NCBI GenBank assembly: GCA_035630015.1
Contig: DASQLM010000413.1
Location: 47,519 to 111,518 of the forward strand
Source of the DNA: Thermoleophilaceae bacterium
GTDB taxonomy: Bacteria > Actinomycetota > Thermoleophilia > Solirubrobacterales > Thermoleophilaceae
DNA: 64,000 bases
Direction of reading: 5' to 3'
Under the pieces are notes generated by a model. It was given only the letters and a program-made list of their open reading frames with translations, ran no database searches and was not told the DNA's origin. The first letter of the stretch is position 1, and every line of letters begins with the position of its first letter. This document shows, piece after piece, positions 63,268 to 64,000 of this stretch. The position numbers were made by a program, and so were the translations under genes.

Positions 63268-64000
63268 ACCCCGACGCACCCGCGCACGCGGCGCGGGAGC
63301 TCTGCCGCACCGCACGCCGGGCACAGTGGACCGGACCCGACATCTACGACGGGCTCGCCGCCCGGTGGCCGCGGGTTCTCACCGGTGGGCGCCGCCGGCG
63401 CCAGGCGCTGATCCAGCTGCACGCGCGCAGCCCCGTGGACCTGCGCCCACTGTCGCGCCGGACCCACGCTCCGATCGCCAAGGGCGTGGCCCTGTTCGCC
63501 CAGGCCGAGCTGGCGCTGGCGAGCCTCGGTGATCGGGATGCCCACCATGCGGCAGCCGAGGCCGCGCTGCAGCGCGTCGCGGCCGACCACGGCGCCGGCC
63601 CGGTGGCCTGGGGCTACCCGTGGGACGTGCAGACGCGCTGGAGCCACTACCGCGCCGGCACGCCCAACGTGATCGTGACCGCGTTCGCCGCCCGCGCCCT
63701 GGAGCAGGGAGCAGCGGCGCTGGACCGTCCGGAGTTCGCCGAGCGCGCCCGGGCGGGCGCCCATTGGGTCCAGGAGGCCCTGTTCATGCCGGACGCCGGG
63801 GCCTACGCCTACCACCCGGGCAGCCCCGCGGTGATCCACAACGCCAGCCTCCTGGGCGCACGCGCGGCGTGGACCGAGCGCGCCCGGGACCCTCGGGTCC
63901 AGCCGGCGGTGGCCCAGGCGGTGCGCCGCGTGCTGGCGGCGCAGCGCCCCGATGGCGCGTTCCCCTATGGGGAGGGGCCGGGGCTGGAGTTCGTGGACTC
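63264..64000 (+). CDS. Hypothetical protein, 5' part only (runs off the window). Possibly an alpha/alpha-toroid-type polysaccharide-modifying enzyme.
   Basis: Absent from the ORF track because there is no in-window stop. My translation from the GTG at 63264 (GTGA overlap) is stop-free to the end of the window: VNPDAPAHAARELCRT ... WGYPWDVQTRWSHYRAGTPNVIVTAF ... IHNASLLGA ... QRPDGAFPYGEG. The functional guess is weak. Confidence 0.5.
   Translation, partial: MNPDAPAHAARELCRTARRAQWTGPDIYDGLAARWPRVLTGGRRRRQALIQLHARSPVDLRPLSRRTHAPIAKGVALFAQAELALASLGDRDAHHAAAEAALQRVAADHGAGPVAWGYPWDVQTRWSHYRAGTPNVIVTAFAARALEQGAAALDRPEFAERARAGAHWVQEALFMPDAGAYAYHPGSPAVIHNASLLGARAAWTERARDPRVQPAVAQAVRRVLAAQRPDGAFPYGEGPGLEFVD

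Noticed and set aside
1-64000. Search for mobile elements, tRNA/rRNA genes, or defence and toxin-antitoxin systems
   Set aside because: I found no transposase, integrase or recombinase motifs, no terminal inverted repeats flanking a block, and no cloverleaf-like or rRNA-like low-GC segments. I recognised no nuclease or ATPase defence signatures. GC content looks uniform apart from short intergenic dips.

Overview
Very GC-rich window (about 70% by eye) that is almost entirely coding. I call about 60 protein genes. I recognised no rRNA, tRNA, CRISPR array, transposase or integrase. All calls come from reading the six-frame translations and the DNA by eye; no searches or alignments were run.

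The window is one very large cell-surface glycan biosynthesis supercluster. An LPXTG-type protein, an ECF sigma factor and many starts with little or no leader fit a Gram-positive, Actinomycetota-like host, but that is inference.

Contents:
1. An 11-gene, translationally coupled minus-strand operon (1-10791). It combines a complete CMP-Kdo pathway (kdsD, kdsA, HAD phosphatase, kdsB) with a NeuB-type nonulosonic acid synthase, a cytidylyltransferase/PseG-like fusion, an orphan adenylating enzyme, glycosyltransferases and a methyltransferase.
2. Duplicated assembly machinery: two large polyprenyl-phosphate priming sugar transferases, two Wzx-type flippases, two O-antigen-ligase/Wzy-like proteins, and one Wzz-like co-polymerase with no kinase.
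3. About 14 glycosyltransferases: GT2, GT4, GT8, GT26, Alg14/13-type and one GT-C.
4. Two TagF-like glycerophosphotransferases. One follows a nucleotidyltransferase plus glycerol-1-phosphate-dehydrogenase-like pair.
5. Twelve methyltransferase genes, eight of them within 9.5 kb.

The elements I cannot assign to known families, and consider most worth follow-up, are these:
- Two tandem giant coiled-coil proteins that share a C-terminal four-cysteine motif (15694-19875).
- A triplicated secreted protein family flanking the second priming transferase (24198-29380).
- A 412-bp non-coding gap carrying a perfect 14-bp palindrome (25254-25665).
- A convergent-gene architecture in which five gene pairs share a palindromic CTAG as both stop codons.
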